Positions 1 to 10,650 of a stretch of 64,000 nt of DNA are shown here, piece by piece (positions within the stretch are counted from its first letter, which is position 1; the number at the start of each line of letters is the position of its first letter). The stretch lies in assembly GCA_002269645.1 (NCBI GenBank), contig NIVC01001547.1:186001-250000 (forward strand), written 5' to 3'. The position numbers were made by a program, and so were the translations under genes. The stretch comes from Macrostomum lignano (lineage: Eukaryota). The notes under the pieces were generated by a model. The model had not been told where the DNA came from, did not search any database, and saw nothing but the letters and a program-made list of their open reading frames with translations.

Positions 1-305
1 TGGCTTCCCTGGAATATTCTAAACGGTGAGTTTGCTGCCATATCGCTCTAAAGATACACTGTAGAGCTGATTGCTAATGCAAACTCTAGGTGTAGCTTAA
101 CGTGACAGTTTAAGCTTTCTACAATGATATTTTTCAAAACGGGTTATAAAAAAGGTATTGTTCAGAGTTAGCACTCGATAGCGTGTTGTCGTCTAGAAAG
201 CGTTTGAATTCCAAATAAAGCAATTATATGTCCGATATTGTGGTCTGATTGTGATTGTCGAGTGCATCAAGACAGCTGAAATGCGATTGCAACGAGCCAC
301 CTCAG

Positions 306-1469
306 TCACACCTCAGCCCTGACCAGTACAAACAATGGGTGCAGGTGAATACTCAACCCCGTATAGTTGACGCTGTTGAGTCCATCGGTGGCCATTGTTT
401 GTCGGACTTTGTGCGCGTAGGGCCAGGGCATTTTGTTGACAATGACGTCTTCACTGTGTCGGAGGTTGATGTAGCGGGCCTCCGCGCCGCCGCTGTACCG
501 GATGCTGAACCCGGATATGGACAGCCTGGCCGCCAGCTCGTCATCCTCTCGGCCCCAGCCGTAGTACCGATTCGAATTGCCATTGATCTTGACGAAAGCG
601 TCTTTAGTGACGGCTGAGACTCCGCCGAAAAAATTGTGATACAATTTGCCTTTAGAATACTTGCTACTGGCCTGCGATCGCATCTCGGAGATGAGCAGCT
701 TCGGAGCGTTCTTGCAGTCGTAGACGTTGGCAACATTCTCGGGCACCTTGTCGGAATCGTGGAAGACAAAGCAGTCGAACTGGTAGAATCTCTGCGACAG
801 TAGAAAGCCAATGTTGAGCAGCTTGGCTCGATTGAACAGTCGCCAGTCCGCCTGTTCCACCACGAACAGTCCGAACAGGATGTTCTGCTTGCGCAGCAGT
901 CTGTGCATGTAGGGCACAAATGTGTCCAGATTTTTGCTGCGGTTCCGGTAAGGCACGAGCACTGCGGTTCGCGACAGCGGCGGCCAGCAGCTCCGCGGGG
1001 CCCAGAAGCCGCCGTCAACTATCCCTGAGTTCTTCGGCTCCTGCAGCTGCATCTTCGGTGTCGCATTGGCTTGAAGGCAGTGCACCATGCTCTCCGACTT
1101 CGGCCGCTGACAGGCACCGGCGCTTGCAGCCGCGGCCGCTGCTGCCGCAACTGCAGCCGAGAAGTTGACCGGGCCAGAGACTGGTTTCAGCGCGTCGTAC
1201 AACATTGGATAAGTGATATTGTGGGCACTTCTGTTCCACCGCGTTGAGACCACCGATTTCAGGGCAACTGTTCGTGACTTATTTCTCGTTCCTACTGTAG
1301 AATTTGAGCGATGGAACGTCATGTGCTCATTCAGGTAGCTCACCAGCAGGCGCGGATACACGGACGGCCGGCTGGCAGTGGTGACTAATAGCTCTCTGGT
1401 CAGGAGCACTATGAGACTGACAACTGCTCCCGATGCCAGGATCTTTAAGCATAGACGATTCTTGCCCAT
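306..1469 (-). CDS. Beta-1,4-galactosyltransferase-like glycosyltransferase (GT7 family), intronless
   Basis: 387-aa ORF with N-terminal hydrophobic anchor and GT7 motifs AVLVPYRNR, FNRAKLLNIG, CFVFHDSD (DxD), FFGGVSA and YYGWGREDD. Confidence 0.9.
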   Translation of the reverse strand: MGKNRLCLKILASGAVVSLIVLLTRELLVTTASRPSVYPRLLVSYLNEHMTFHRSNSTVGTRNKSRTVALKSVVSTRWNRSAHNITYPMLYDALKPVSGPVNFSAAVAAAAAAAASAGACQRPKSESMVHCLQANATPKMQLQEPKNSGIVDGGFWAPRSCWPPLSRTAVLVPYRNRSKNLDTFVPYMHRLLRKQNILFGLFVVEQADWRLFNRAKLLNIGFLLSQRFYQFDCFVFHDSDKVPENVANVYDCKNAPKLLISEMRSQASSKYSKGKLYHNFFGGVSAVTKDAFVKINGNSNRYYGWGREDDELAARLSISGFSIRYSGGAEARYINLRHSEDVIVNKMPWPYAHKVRQTMATDGLNSVNYTGLSIHLHPLFVLVRAEV

Positions 1470-2794
1470 CTAGCAGTTAGGGCCAGTGAGAGTCGGTTAG
1501 AGCAAAATAGAAATGGATGCAAAATGGCTTTTAAGCAACGGCTGCTTTTGCTAATGAAAGCGATTCCTATTGTTTTTTACCTTACTCTTACCCTTTGGGC
1601 GTGACTCAGTGATATGCGCCACTTCTCAAGTGGATTTTAATATATCAGTTGAGTTGAAAGCAGCGTAGTATTCTCTACAGGCTAGACTGAAAACACCCCC
1701 ATAGCCAGCCAATTCTATTGACCCAGCGTTTTAGCCATGCAGCGACCAGAGCCAGTCAGTGTTTCTCTCGGCACGCGAGCGCACAGCTGATTTCTTTAAT
1801 TTCCTTCTCCAGTGTTCTCCTCTCGGTTGGCGAGCAGGCCTTGCAGAATGGTTTCATTCATGGACTACTAATGATAAAGCGTGTATGGACTAGAAGTTCT
1901 ATGCATGCATATGCAAATAACGCGGAGAGAGAGAGAGAGCCAAATTCAAATTTTCCAAATCGTGCACGCGCAGAGAAAGATACACAAGCAAAATTGCCCT
2001 TAACAGGGCATTGTCACGATATGCTGAATCATGCCTCATCGATTCCTAAATGCGTCCTAAATAAAAGGCATTCAAAGCTTTTTTGTTTTAACTTGACGTT
2101 TGCATCAAGAAGAAATTTGATTGGCATTTTCTTAGGGAGATTTTTTTGTCTTCGTTGGGGTTCTAATCCAGTTACTAACCGTTATAAAAGTCCATGACTT
2201 TACACTTCCTGCTGAAGCGCTGCTTGTATACACAGGCAAGCTGCAAAGTTACAAAGTTTAAAACAGCTTTTGTTTCAGCAATCTTAATCAACGTTTAGTT
2301 TGGTATCGTATGCACGTCATTGCGGGTAAGTTAAAAACATTTTCACCTTCCTGTAACGAATACAGAGCTAAGCCCTTCACAATATTTAATTAAATTTTCT
2401 CAATCTTTCATTACTTTCCAGGTTAAATGTGGGCTGAGAACGTATTGGCTCAGAAAACCAGATGAATATTCAGCACAAAAATGCATGCGTCACATACGCC
2501 TGTGGTAGAGGGCTAAACAAGTGAGACCGGAGACTGTCTCCATCTGGAGGAAAACTATCTTGACTTGCACTGCAGTACGCTGTTGCGTGGCTGAACTCAA
2601 TAAGCCATTGTGTTGAATTAGTTTTTTTCCTGCAGTCCTGTTTCTCAGGGTTGAGCAGTATTCTGCGATTATAAAAACAAATAATGCACTCGATTCAATT
2701 CAATATAAGCTTGCTTGTCTGTACTATTAGAGATCGGTTAGTTTTTTAGAAACCCACAAAATTTATGGAAGGCTATGGCGACCCACCTTCTAAT

Positions 2795-3165
2795 ATCTAT
2801 AACAGCAAACTCGAGAAAACACTTTCTCATATGTGGAACACTCTACTTACACAAGTAGTGCAATCGGTATAATATTATTCCAGACATGTGCTCAGTGGCA
2901 AACTAGATGCTCATCACACCCTCGCTAGGAAGAAGCAATCTTTCAGTGTTTCTGGCAGCGAACAGTTCAGAGGCTGAGGCTGCTCAGTTTAGTTAGAGAC
3001 AAGGAGCTTAGGTGCACTTTAAGTGACATTGTTACACAACCAGTGAGAGGCATTGCCCATTCCGACTCCCCTGAGCAGGCACAAGCGCGCGGATACGTAC
3101 GCAGTCATATGCACAGGCACACACTCACACAGGAGTGTACAGCGGCCCTGGCTTTATTTATTTGT
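2795..3165 (-). repeat. Body/tail of dispersed SINE-like repeat family
   Basis: Similar sequence (atctataacagcaaactcg...ctctacttacac...ttattccagacatg) at 46950-47200; parts also recur at 4290-4500 and 56885-57090. Confidence 0.55.
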
Positions 3166-3834
3166 AGTGAGCCGCCAGTTTGGTGTTATGCGTCGCACTA
3201 CTGTCAACAGTTTCCTTCGCCCTTGCCCTCGCCCTGGGTTGCTGTCTGCCGCTGGGCAGCCTCCCTCCACTTTTTCTGACTGTTCTCTGTCGTCGTCGAC
3301 CCTCTCTTCTCTGTGCTCTTGCTTGCAGCCACGAGCTTCTCTGCTGTGGCCTGCTCTGCGTTTCGTTCCTGTCCTGAGGTCACGCTGGTGGCCTCTTCCC
3401 TTGTCATGTGAGCAAGTCGGTAAGCATATTTACTGCACTTGCTGGTCCGTGTTTACTAGGGAATCACCTGCCCTGGGGCCATTGCCTTCTCTAAGGTGAG
3501 AGATGACTCATGTTTCTAAAAATAGACACTGAGTCACACGGCCCTGTGCACTTTTTGTCTAGGGACCCATGCCTTCTTCTCTGGCGGGAAGTGACGTCAC
3601 GGTTCTAAAAATAGAACAAGTCACGAGGTCTCGCGTACAAAGGTGCACTGGGGATTCCCAGGCTATACGGACCCCCCGGCCCTCACCCTTGGTTCAGTCA
3701 AGGAGTTCTTAGCTAGTTCTTACTCTCTAGCTCTTTAGTTTCTCTGTTCTTAGTGTCTAGTTTCTCAGTTTCCAAAGTTTTCTGACAGTTATTGGCCTGA
3801 CTAAACTTAGACGCCCAAGCCTAAAGGAGGCTGA

Positions 3835-3949
3835 CACGAGCCAAGCCGATATTTATATTGAGCCCCAAATTAATGTGACTGCACTTGGAATCGAGCCTGG
3901 GTCGCTGGCACACCAGAGCAGCTGCGCTACCGCTCGGCTACGGCCCCCC
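3835..3949 (-). mobile_element. tRNA-derived SINE head
   Basis: Minus strand reads GGGGCCGTAGCCGAGCGG...CCAGGCTCGATTCCAAGTGCAGTCAC, with A-box-like and B-box-like motifs; near-identical copy at 4890-4966, diverged copies near 47305-47340 and 57145-57219. Confidence 0.6.
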
Positions 3950-4289
3950 TCTTAATGGACTGATACTGACTGACCGAGTAATTGATTACATCATAACTGC
4001 TTTCTGTGGCTTCTGCTCTGACCTACTTAACATGTGAGTGTTGAACTATACATAAAAGTGCAACAACTCTTTGTATAAATTCAATGAGAGCCAGTCTACA
4101 CTCAGCAACAGCAAAACTCCCCACCCCTCTGGCGCGGCGCGGCGAGGCTGTTGCTTGCTGGGTGCCATGGCTCAGCAGAGTTGCGTAACAGCCACTGCGT
4201 CTCAGCAGAATGCTGTGATGTTGACTCGGGAGGGGGATATCGCTGAAATTCTGTAGCTTTTGAGGGAATTTCCTGAGATTCTGAAGCTC

Positions 4290-4966
4290 CTTTTTTAATT
4301 AGAGGCAGGGGGTTGTGTGCACCCTGGCGCACTTTAAGCGACATAGGCACACAACCGGCGAGAGGCATTACTGCCCATTCCGCCGACTCATCTGAGCAGG
4401 CATACAAGCGCGCGGATACGTACGCAGGCACACACTCACACAGGAGTGTTCAGCGGCCCTAACTTTATTTTATCGTTAGGCATGTACACTTTACTGCGCC
4501 CAGGGACTACAATGCCCCGCATTGATGCCAACAACACAAGCAGAAAAATTGAGCTTGTCCTGCGCGTCTGCCAGAAACTTAGCTGCTATAATATAATGCA
4601 AGCATCCCCTGCTAGACTGCAGTGGAAATAACGGTATCACAAGCTTCAAATAATAGAAAATAACCATAGACAACAAAGTATCGCTCTATACGAGCCAGCC
4701 AGCCTCGTCAGCTGCTAACAAACCAGCCTCGTAAAAACTTCGCCATGATTTGCCTAGTTTCCCGTCCCGATGTTTGAGTAGTCCCTGACTGCGCCTTGGG
4801 GGGTTGGCTCTCAAGGCCGTTAATTGCACGAGCAGAGTTAAGCCGAGCTTCCAAATTAGCCCCAAAACTCAAAACTCAGCCCCAAATTAATGTGACTGCA
4901 CTTGGAATCGAGCCTGGGTCGCTGGCACACCAGAGCAGCTGCGCTACCGCTTGGCTACGGCCCCCC
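4290..4966 (-). mobile_element. tRNA-derived SINE-like element copy
   Basis: Same tRNA-like head at 4890-4966 plus body segments shared with 2990-3165 and 56885-57090. Confidence 0.55.
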
Positions 4967-5140
4967 GATTCTAAGGCTCACAGAGGAATTTCTGAGATGT
5001 CAAGACTCATGAGGAATTGCTGAGATGCCTATGTTTCAATTGGAACTTGTTGGTAGGCCAAGTAAAAAGTAGGTCAAGTGGAGAGTTATTGGGAAGTGGG
5101 TAGATGGTGAGTGGGTAGATGGGGAGTGGGTAGACAGGGA

Positions 5141-6188
5141 GGGGTGCTTTCACAAGGTCGAAATTTCACAACGTCGAAAAGCAAATTATTGCACAAGGTC
5201 GAAACTTCACAAGGTCGAAATTTCACAACATCGAAAACTCTAGCAGAAGACTTCATAAGGTCGAAATTTCACAAGGTAGAAATTTCACAACATCGAAAAC
5301 TTTAGCAAGAGACTTCATAAGGTCGAAATTTCACAACATCGAAAACTCGAAAAGCAGCCACTTTCATAAGGTCGAAATTTCATAACATCGAAACTCAAAT
5401 AGCAGCCACTTTCACAAGGTCGAAATTTCACAAGGTCGAAATTTCACAACATCGAAAACTCTAGCAGAAGACTTAATAATTGTAAGCCTTCGAGGCTTTT
5501 CTATATTCTATTGTTGTTTAGTAGGCCTATATATGTTGTAGGTGTTTTTCTGTTTGTCACTTAGTCTAATTTATCCTAACCAGTCATTGCCAAAGTTATA
5601 GGGCTTTTTTCTCTTTTCAAAGTTTTTCTCTTTTCCCCTAAATTTATCCTACTTCGGATACCAAATTTTAGGTGCTTTTTACTGCTCTAATTCCAAAATG
5701 CTTCCCAACTATATAGCTAAACTTACAGCTTATGTAAACTAACCCATCGTCCCAGTAGTGATAAGACACTTAGCAGAGCACTCAGCACTCCTTGACGTTG
5801 AACTACTTAAAGAAGAGGTGATTAAAAACTTCTCTGAACCAAAGCTATTAAAACAAAAAATAATAATATAAACATTGACACAATAAAGACATTAGTTTTC
5901 TACATTGTAAAATTTTGATCTTTTCAAACTTGAAGCTGCTAAATTCTCAGTTTTTACATTGTAAAATTTCGATCTTATGAAAGTGGCTGCTATTTGAGTT
6001 TTCGACCTTGTGAAATTTCGACCTTATGAAGTCTCTTGCTAAAGTTTTCGATGTTGTGAAATTTCTACTTATGAAAGTGGCTGCTTTTCGAGTTTTCGAT
6101 GTTTTGAAATTTCGACCTTGTGAAATTTCGACCTTATGAAAGAGGGTGCTTTCGACGTTGTGAAATTTCGAGTTTGTGAAACACCCCC
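5141..6188. mobile_element. Foldback/MITE-like element with internally repetitive inverted arms
   Basis: Arm 5141-5478 is built from aaggtcgaaatttcac(aa) units; arm 5940-6188 is its reverse complement; the ~460-bp AT-rich centre is non-coding. Confidence 0.65.
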
Positions 6189-6236
6189 CCCCCCTATTTT
6201 TTATCAAAAAGATCGAATAATAATATTACCTCGTAA

Positions 6237-6477
6237 TTATCGTATGTTTGTTTCTTCACACTCGAACAACTCTCCGGTCGTGTTGTACAGATCCGGATAA
6301 GGTATCAGTGGATACCTCAACGGGTGGCAGGCGCGTCGACGCTCATCAAACAGCACAGCCTCGCACTGACCAGCTTTGCACCTGGTCGTGCAATCCAGGC
6401 TGCTCATCACGTGGTCAGTCCAGTAGAGCGGGTCAGTGAAGGATGTGGGTGCCGAGATGGCGATGTAGTTCCTTGGA
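6237..6477 (-). pseudogene. PAN/apple-like domain fragment
   Basis: Translation LDCTTRCKAGQCEAVLFDERRRACHPL has a PAN/apple-like cysteine spacing (C-x3-C-x4-C...F...C); no supportable start or splice structure. Confidence 0.3.
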
Positions 6478-6976
6478 AGTAGTATGAGTTTATGCAACTC
6501 TGCCGCACTTGCACTGCGGAGATAGGCGGTAATGTAAAAGGATAGGAGGGCGTAAAAGAGCCAGCTGAGATAGCCAATGGAAATAAGGGCGTGGGGTGGG
6601 TGTGATTGGCTGGGCGGCGCGGGTGGTGAAACGCTTAATGCAACTCTGCCGCACTGGGGGTGGCAGGCAGCAAAGCAAAGAATCGGAAGGTTTTGGAATA
6701 GCAGAGTAAACAAATTAAAAACAAGGTAGGCATGGCGTGGAAACGTCCACCTCAATTTGTGCCTGGCCATTGCAACTCCTCGGCGTCCCCACTGTGTTTA
6801 TCCTATAGCATGCCTATGCACTATTTGTCAGTGCGGAGTGAAATAGATAAGAGAGAGGCTCTGGTCTTCTTGAGTGTCTGGCTCTGGCGATTCTAATAAA
6901 TGGGCAATAAACTTTGTAACGGGTGCGGTGCTTGAGTGGAAAGGGTAGGGTTTGAAGTGGAGGTGAGGTTGGTGAG

Positions 6977-7693
6977 CTCTAAAACAGTTGTTCAACTCTG
7001 CCGCACTTTCACTGTGCAGGGACAGAGAGGTGGGCTCTAAAACAGTTGTTCAACTCTGCCGCACTTTCACTGTGCAGGGACAGAGAGGTGAGCTCTAAAA
7101 CAGTTGTTCAACTCTGCCGCACTTTCACTGTGCAGGGACAGAGAGGTGAGCTCTAAAACAGTTGTTCAACTCTGCCGCACTTTCACTGTGCAGGGACAGA
7201 GAGGTGAGCTCTAAAACAGTTGTTCCACTCTGCCGCACTTTCACTGTGCAGGGACAGAGAGGTGAGCTCTAAAACAGTTGTTCAACTCTGCCGCACTTTC
7301 ACTGTGCAGGGACAGAGAGGTGAGCTCTAAAACAGTTGTTCAACTCTGCCGCACTTTCACTGTGCAGGGACAGAGAGGTGAGCTCTAAAACAGTTGTTCC
7401 ACTCTGCCGCACTTTCACTGTGCAGGGACAGAGAGGTGAGCTCTAAAACAGTTGTTCCACTCTGCCGCACTTTCACTGTGCAGGGACAGAGAGGTGAGCT
7501 CTAAAACAGTTGTTCAACTCTGCCGCACTTTCACTGTGCAGGGACAGAGAGGTGAGCTCTAAAACAGTTATTCAACTCTGCCGCACTTTCACTGTGCAGG
7601 GACAGAGAGGTGAGCTCTAAAACAGTTGTTCAACTCTGCCGCAATTTCACTGTGCAGGGACAGAGAGGTGAGCTCTAAAACAGTTGTTCCACT
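6977..7693 (+). repeat. 58-bp tandem array, about 12 copies
   Basis: Unit cagttgttcaactctgccgcactttcactgtgcagggacagagaggtgagctctaaaa. Confidence 0.95.
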
Positions 7694-8568
7694 CTAGTGG
7701 TGAAACGCATATGCAATTCTGCCCTGGGTTTTTTTTCGTCCATAACTTGGGTGCGATTTCGCACCCTGTGCTAGATTTCAGGGTGCGATCTTCAAGACCA
7801 GGATGCGCTGCACTGCTGCAGACAAAAACTGGTCTAACACTAATAACACTAAAGACGTCCATAACACTAAATTGTTAAATCCGCATCACATCCTTGCAAA
7901 AAATTCTGGTGCGCTTTTCACACCCTGAGTCAAATTTCAGGGTGCGATTTTTAAGACCAGGATGCTATTCGCACCCATTCGCACAAAAAACCCAGACTCT
8001 GCCGAGATAGGAGGGCCATGGTAGTATAGAGCCCTATTGCATTGGGTTTGAAAGTGGGATGGGGGAAATCCGAGAGGAGGGGGTTAGGCGTTGTATGGGT
8101 CTGAGGTTGGTTAGGCAATGGCGCAGGCCTACGCACCTATGTCCCTCCCCCCTCCCCATTGTACACTGAGAGATATAAGGGGCTGGGCAGAGCTGTGGTT
8201 AGTTCAAGTCTTGCCGGCGGTGTAAAGGGAAAAATATAGGTATGAAAATCCGAAGGGCTGGATGATACAGTGTTCGGATCATAAAAGCTAGTTGGGGCTC
8301 ACGACGCTCTCACTGCTAGGCTCTTCCGTTGATCTCAGTTTTACAACTGTATAGGCGGTTTATGGTACAGAACGAAGCCCAATGAATATAAAGTAAATAT
8401 TGTGGGAAATTTTATTAGATAAAGGTCTGGGGTCTACTAAGCACAAAGTTTGTTATTGCGCCAGAATAATATCGGCGTGTACGAGTAATTATTTTTCTTC
8501 TTCTAGTCTACCACAACAACTGCGCTGTGTACACCGTTCTTGGAAAGAAAATTAGGGAGGGGGGTTCG

Positions 8569-9025
8569 ATTGGTCGGTTTGAGGAACAACTGGATTGGGG
8601 TTGGTGGGGAACAAATAATGATGTACATTTTATGCTGATTGGAGAGGATTGGTCGGTTTGAGGAACAACTGGATTGGGGTTGGTGGGGAACAAATAATGA
8701 TGTACATTTTATGCTGATTGGAGAGGATTGGTCGGTTTGAGGAACAACTGGATTGGGGTTGGTGGGGAACAAATAATGATGTACATTTTATGCTGATTGG
8801 AGAGGATTGGTCGGTTTGAGGAACAACTGGATTGGGGTTGGTGGGAACAAATAATGATGTACATTTTATGCTGATTGGAGAGGATTGGTCGGTTTGAGGA
8901 ACAACTGGATTGGGGTTGGTGGGAACAAATAATGATGTAAATTTTATGCTGATTGGAGAGGATTGGTCGGTTTGAGGAACAACTGGATTGGGGTTGGTGG
9001 GGAACAAATAATGATGTACATTTAA
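8569..9025 (-). repeat. 78/79-bp tandem array, about 6 copies
   Basis: Unit (minus strand) ccccaccaaccccaatccagttgttcctcaaaccgaccaatcctctccaatcagcataaaatgtacatcattatttgtt. Confidence 0.95.
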
Positions 9026-9134
9026 TGGGGATTGGAGGGTACTGTATTCAGTGGTCAGTGTTCCGCAAATTGTATATATATAAATGAAGTGAAAAATAAC
9101 TGCAGTCTTCCGAATTCTCACTTCCGCCGCAACA

Positions 9135-10154
9135 ATGAAGAAGATTAGCGACTCATGTGCTACCTTTGAAGTCTGCCTAACTTGCAACAAGTGCGTTGTT
9201 GGATTTTTAAAGCCTGGCCATCACAAAGAGTGCAACAAGAGCACTTTCAACGTTTGCTGGCAGTGTGGCGTTGTAATGAAGCGTGAAGGAAAAGCGGGAA
9301 AATTCACAGCTCACCGCGGGCATCAGCAGCTGCCTACTGGAGACAATGGAATGAAAAATTTAAGACGCATAGTTATGCAGAAAGCGCATCAAATAGCCGG
9401 AGAGCAAACCGCTGCACGACAGGCTCTCAGCCAATTAATAAACGGTGTAATTAGAGACGGCTGTAGCAGCGAGGATGACTTTGTTCAGCAGCCGCAGCAG
9501 TCACAATTCCAACGCCCACTCGGTGCTCAGTCGGCTAGACATCCCCCGGATATCAGAGGAAAGCAGATCCGCATGGACAGTCCCGACAGCCTTCTGTACG
9601 AAGAGCCAACCGATGAGGAGACTGAGGACAGCGACATTGCTATCAACAATGAGCAGCCTCTTAGCATCAGCGAGCGGCAGCAGCAGCAGCCTCCAGCCAT
9701 CGGCGAGCAGCCTCCTAGCATCAGCGAGCAGCAACAGCAGCCTCTTAGCATCAGCGAGCAGCAGCAGCAGCCTCCAGGCATCGGCGAGCAGCCTCCTAGC
9801 ATCAGCGAGCAGCAGCAGCAGCCTCCAGGCATCGGCGAGCAGCAACAGCAGCCTCCCAGCATCAGCAAGCAGCAACAGCAGCCTCTTAGCATCAGCGAGC
9901 AGCAGCAGCAGCCTCCAGGCATCGGCGTGCAGCTTTCAAGCATCAACAACATTGGTGAACAGATTGCTCAGCTAAACATTATTGAAGAACCGGCTGGATT
10001 GGATTCCCTGATGGAGGTATTGGGAGACGGGGAATTTGAGGCTGCTAATAATGTCGTACCTCGATGCCAACTGCAACTGGTGCTGCCACCAGTAATTGGA
10101 GCAGGATATATTGTAAAAATTGAAAATGACAGCATTATTTTTGTGTCTCGTTGA
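9135..10154 (+). CDS. Unknown protein: Cys/His-rich (zinc-binding-like) N-terminus, acidic patch, ISEQQQQPP repeats; encoded in the inverted arm
   Basis: ATG-started 339-aa ORF; CLTC...HHKEC and CWQC...HRGH motifs; mirrored, frameshifted copy at 20291-21368. Confidence 0.55.
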   Translation: MKKISDSCATFEVCLTCNKCVVGFLKPGHHKECNKSTFNVCWQCGVVMKREGKAGKFTAHRGHQQLPTGDNGMKNLRRIVMQKAHQIAGEQTAARQALSQLINGVIRDGCSSEDDFVQQPQQSQFQRPLGAQSARHPPDIRGKQIRMDSPDSLLYEEPTDEETEDSDIAINNEQPLSISERQQQQPPAIGEQPPSISEQQQQPLSISEQQQQPPGIGEQPPSISEQQQQPPGIGEQQQQPPSISKQQQQPLSISEQQQQPPGIGVQLSSINNIGEQIAQLNIIEEPAGLDSLMEVLGDGEFEAANNVVPRCQLQLVLPPVIGAGYIVKIENDSIIFVSR

Positions 10155-10306
10155 GCAAGCGAATTCTTGGTCACTTGGTCATTCTTGGCTATTGTGTATC
10201 TTAAAAATTCAGTTTAACTTACATTTTTTACTTTAATTTGTACTTTACCTTTTTTATTTACAATAAGCCAAGAAGTGTTTTTTGTTTAAATCAATAGCGA
10301 TTAGCA

Positions 10307-10650
10307 TCCATGGGAGAGGGTCTCCCCTGACATGCGAGTTTGCTACAGACAGCTATCAAAGAGTGTGCACCAGTTTAAGTGGAACGATGGAACCCGTCCG
10401 TACATGGAACTGGCGGAAGACATTCTGGGGATTGCCAGTGGTCCGATCTGGACAAATGGGGAAAGGAAGTCTATTTTCCTGACTGAGCTGCTTGGTAGAC
10501 AGGTTTATAACCTAGAAGATTTGGGAGCACCCTCGATTAAAGATTCAGATACTGGCTGTGCAGTGAGAAATTCATTGCTGCACTACAGTTGGCTTAAGCC
10601 AAAGTTCTGCATCAACTTAAGAAGCGAGCAGTGTCCGTGGCACAGGGGCA
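10307..10650 (+). pseudogene. 5'-truncated fragment resembling a small Cys/His-containing Polinton-associated protein
   Basis: PWERV...HQFKWNDG...PY...GERKSIFL...VYNLEDLGAPS...C...H...C resembles, from recall only, a conserved small Polinton/adintovirus ORF; the resemblance begins exactly at the inner end of the left arm. Confidence 0.35.

Larger units (their letters stand above)
6525..10306 (+). repeat. Left inverted arm (~3.8 kb)
   Basis: Matches the right arm from ggcggtaatgtaaaagg (6525) to tcaatagcgattagca (10306). Confidence 0.9.

Noticed and set aside
306-1469. Unusual donor specificity of the galactosyltransferase (Phe before FGG)
   Set aside because: Phe at this position also occurs in vertebrate B4GALT5/6, so it is not evidence of novelty; overlapping ORFs 255-617 and 353-1018 are shadows.
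3876-3949. Functional tRNA genes here and at 4890-4966, 57145-57219 and 62490-62560
   Set aside because: Only A/B-box-like similarity; no clean cloverleaf or anticodon arm could be assigned, and they are attached to dispersed repeat bodies.
9475-9975. Alternative-frame and antisense ORFs (poly-Ser, poly-Leu, poly-Cys), also at 20434-20976 and 15586-15921
   Set aside because: Shadow frames of CAG-rich or 27-bp coding repeats.
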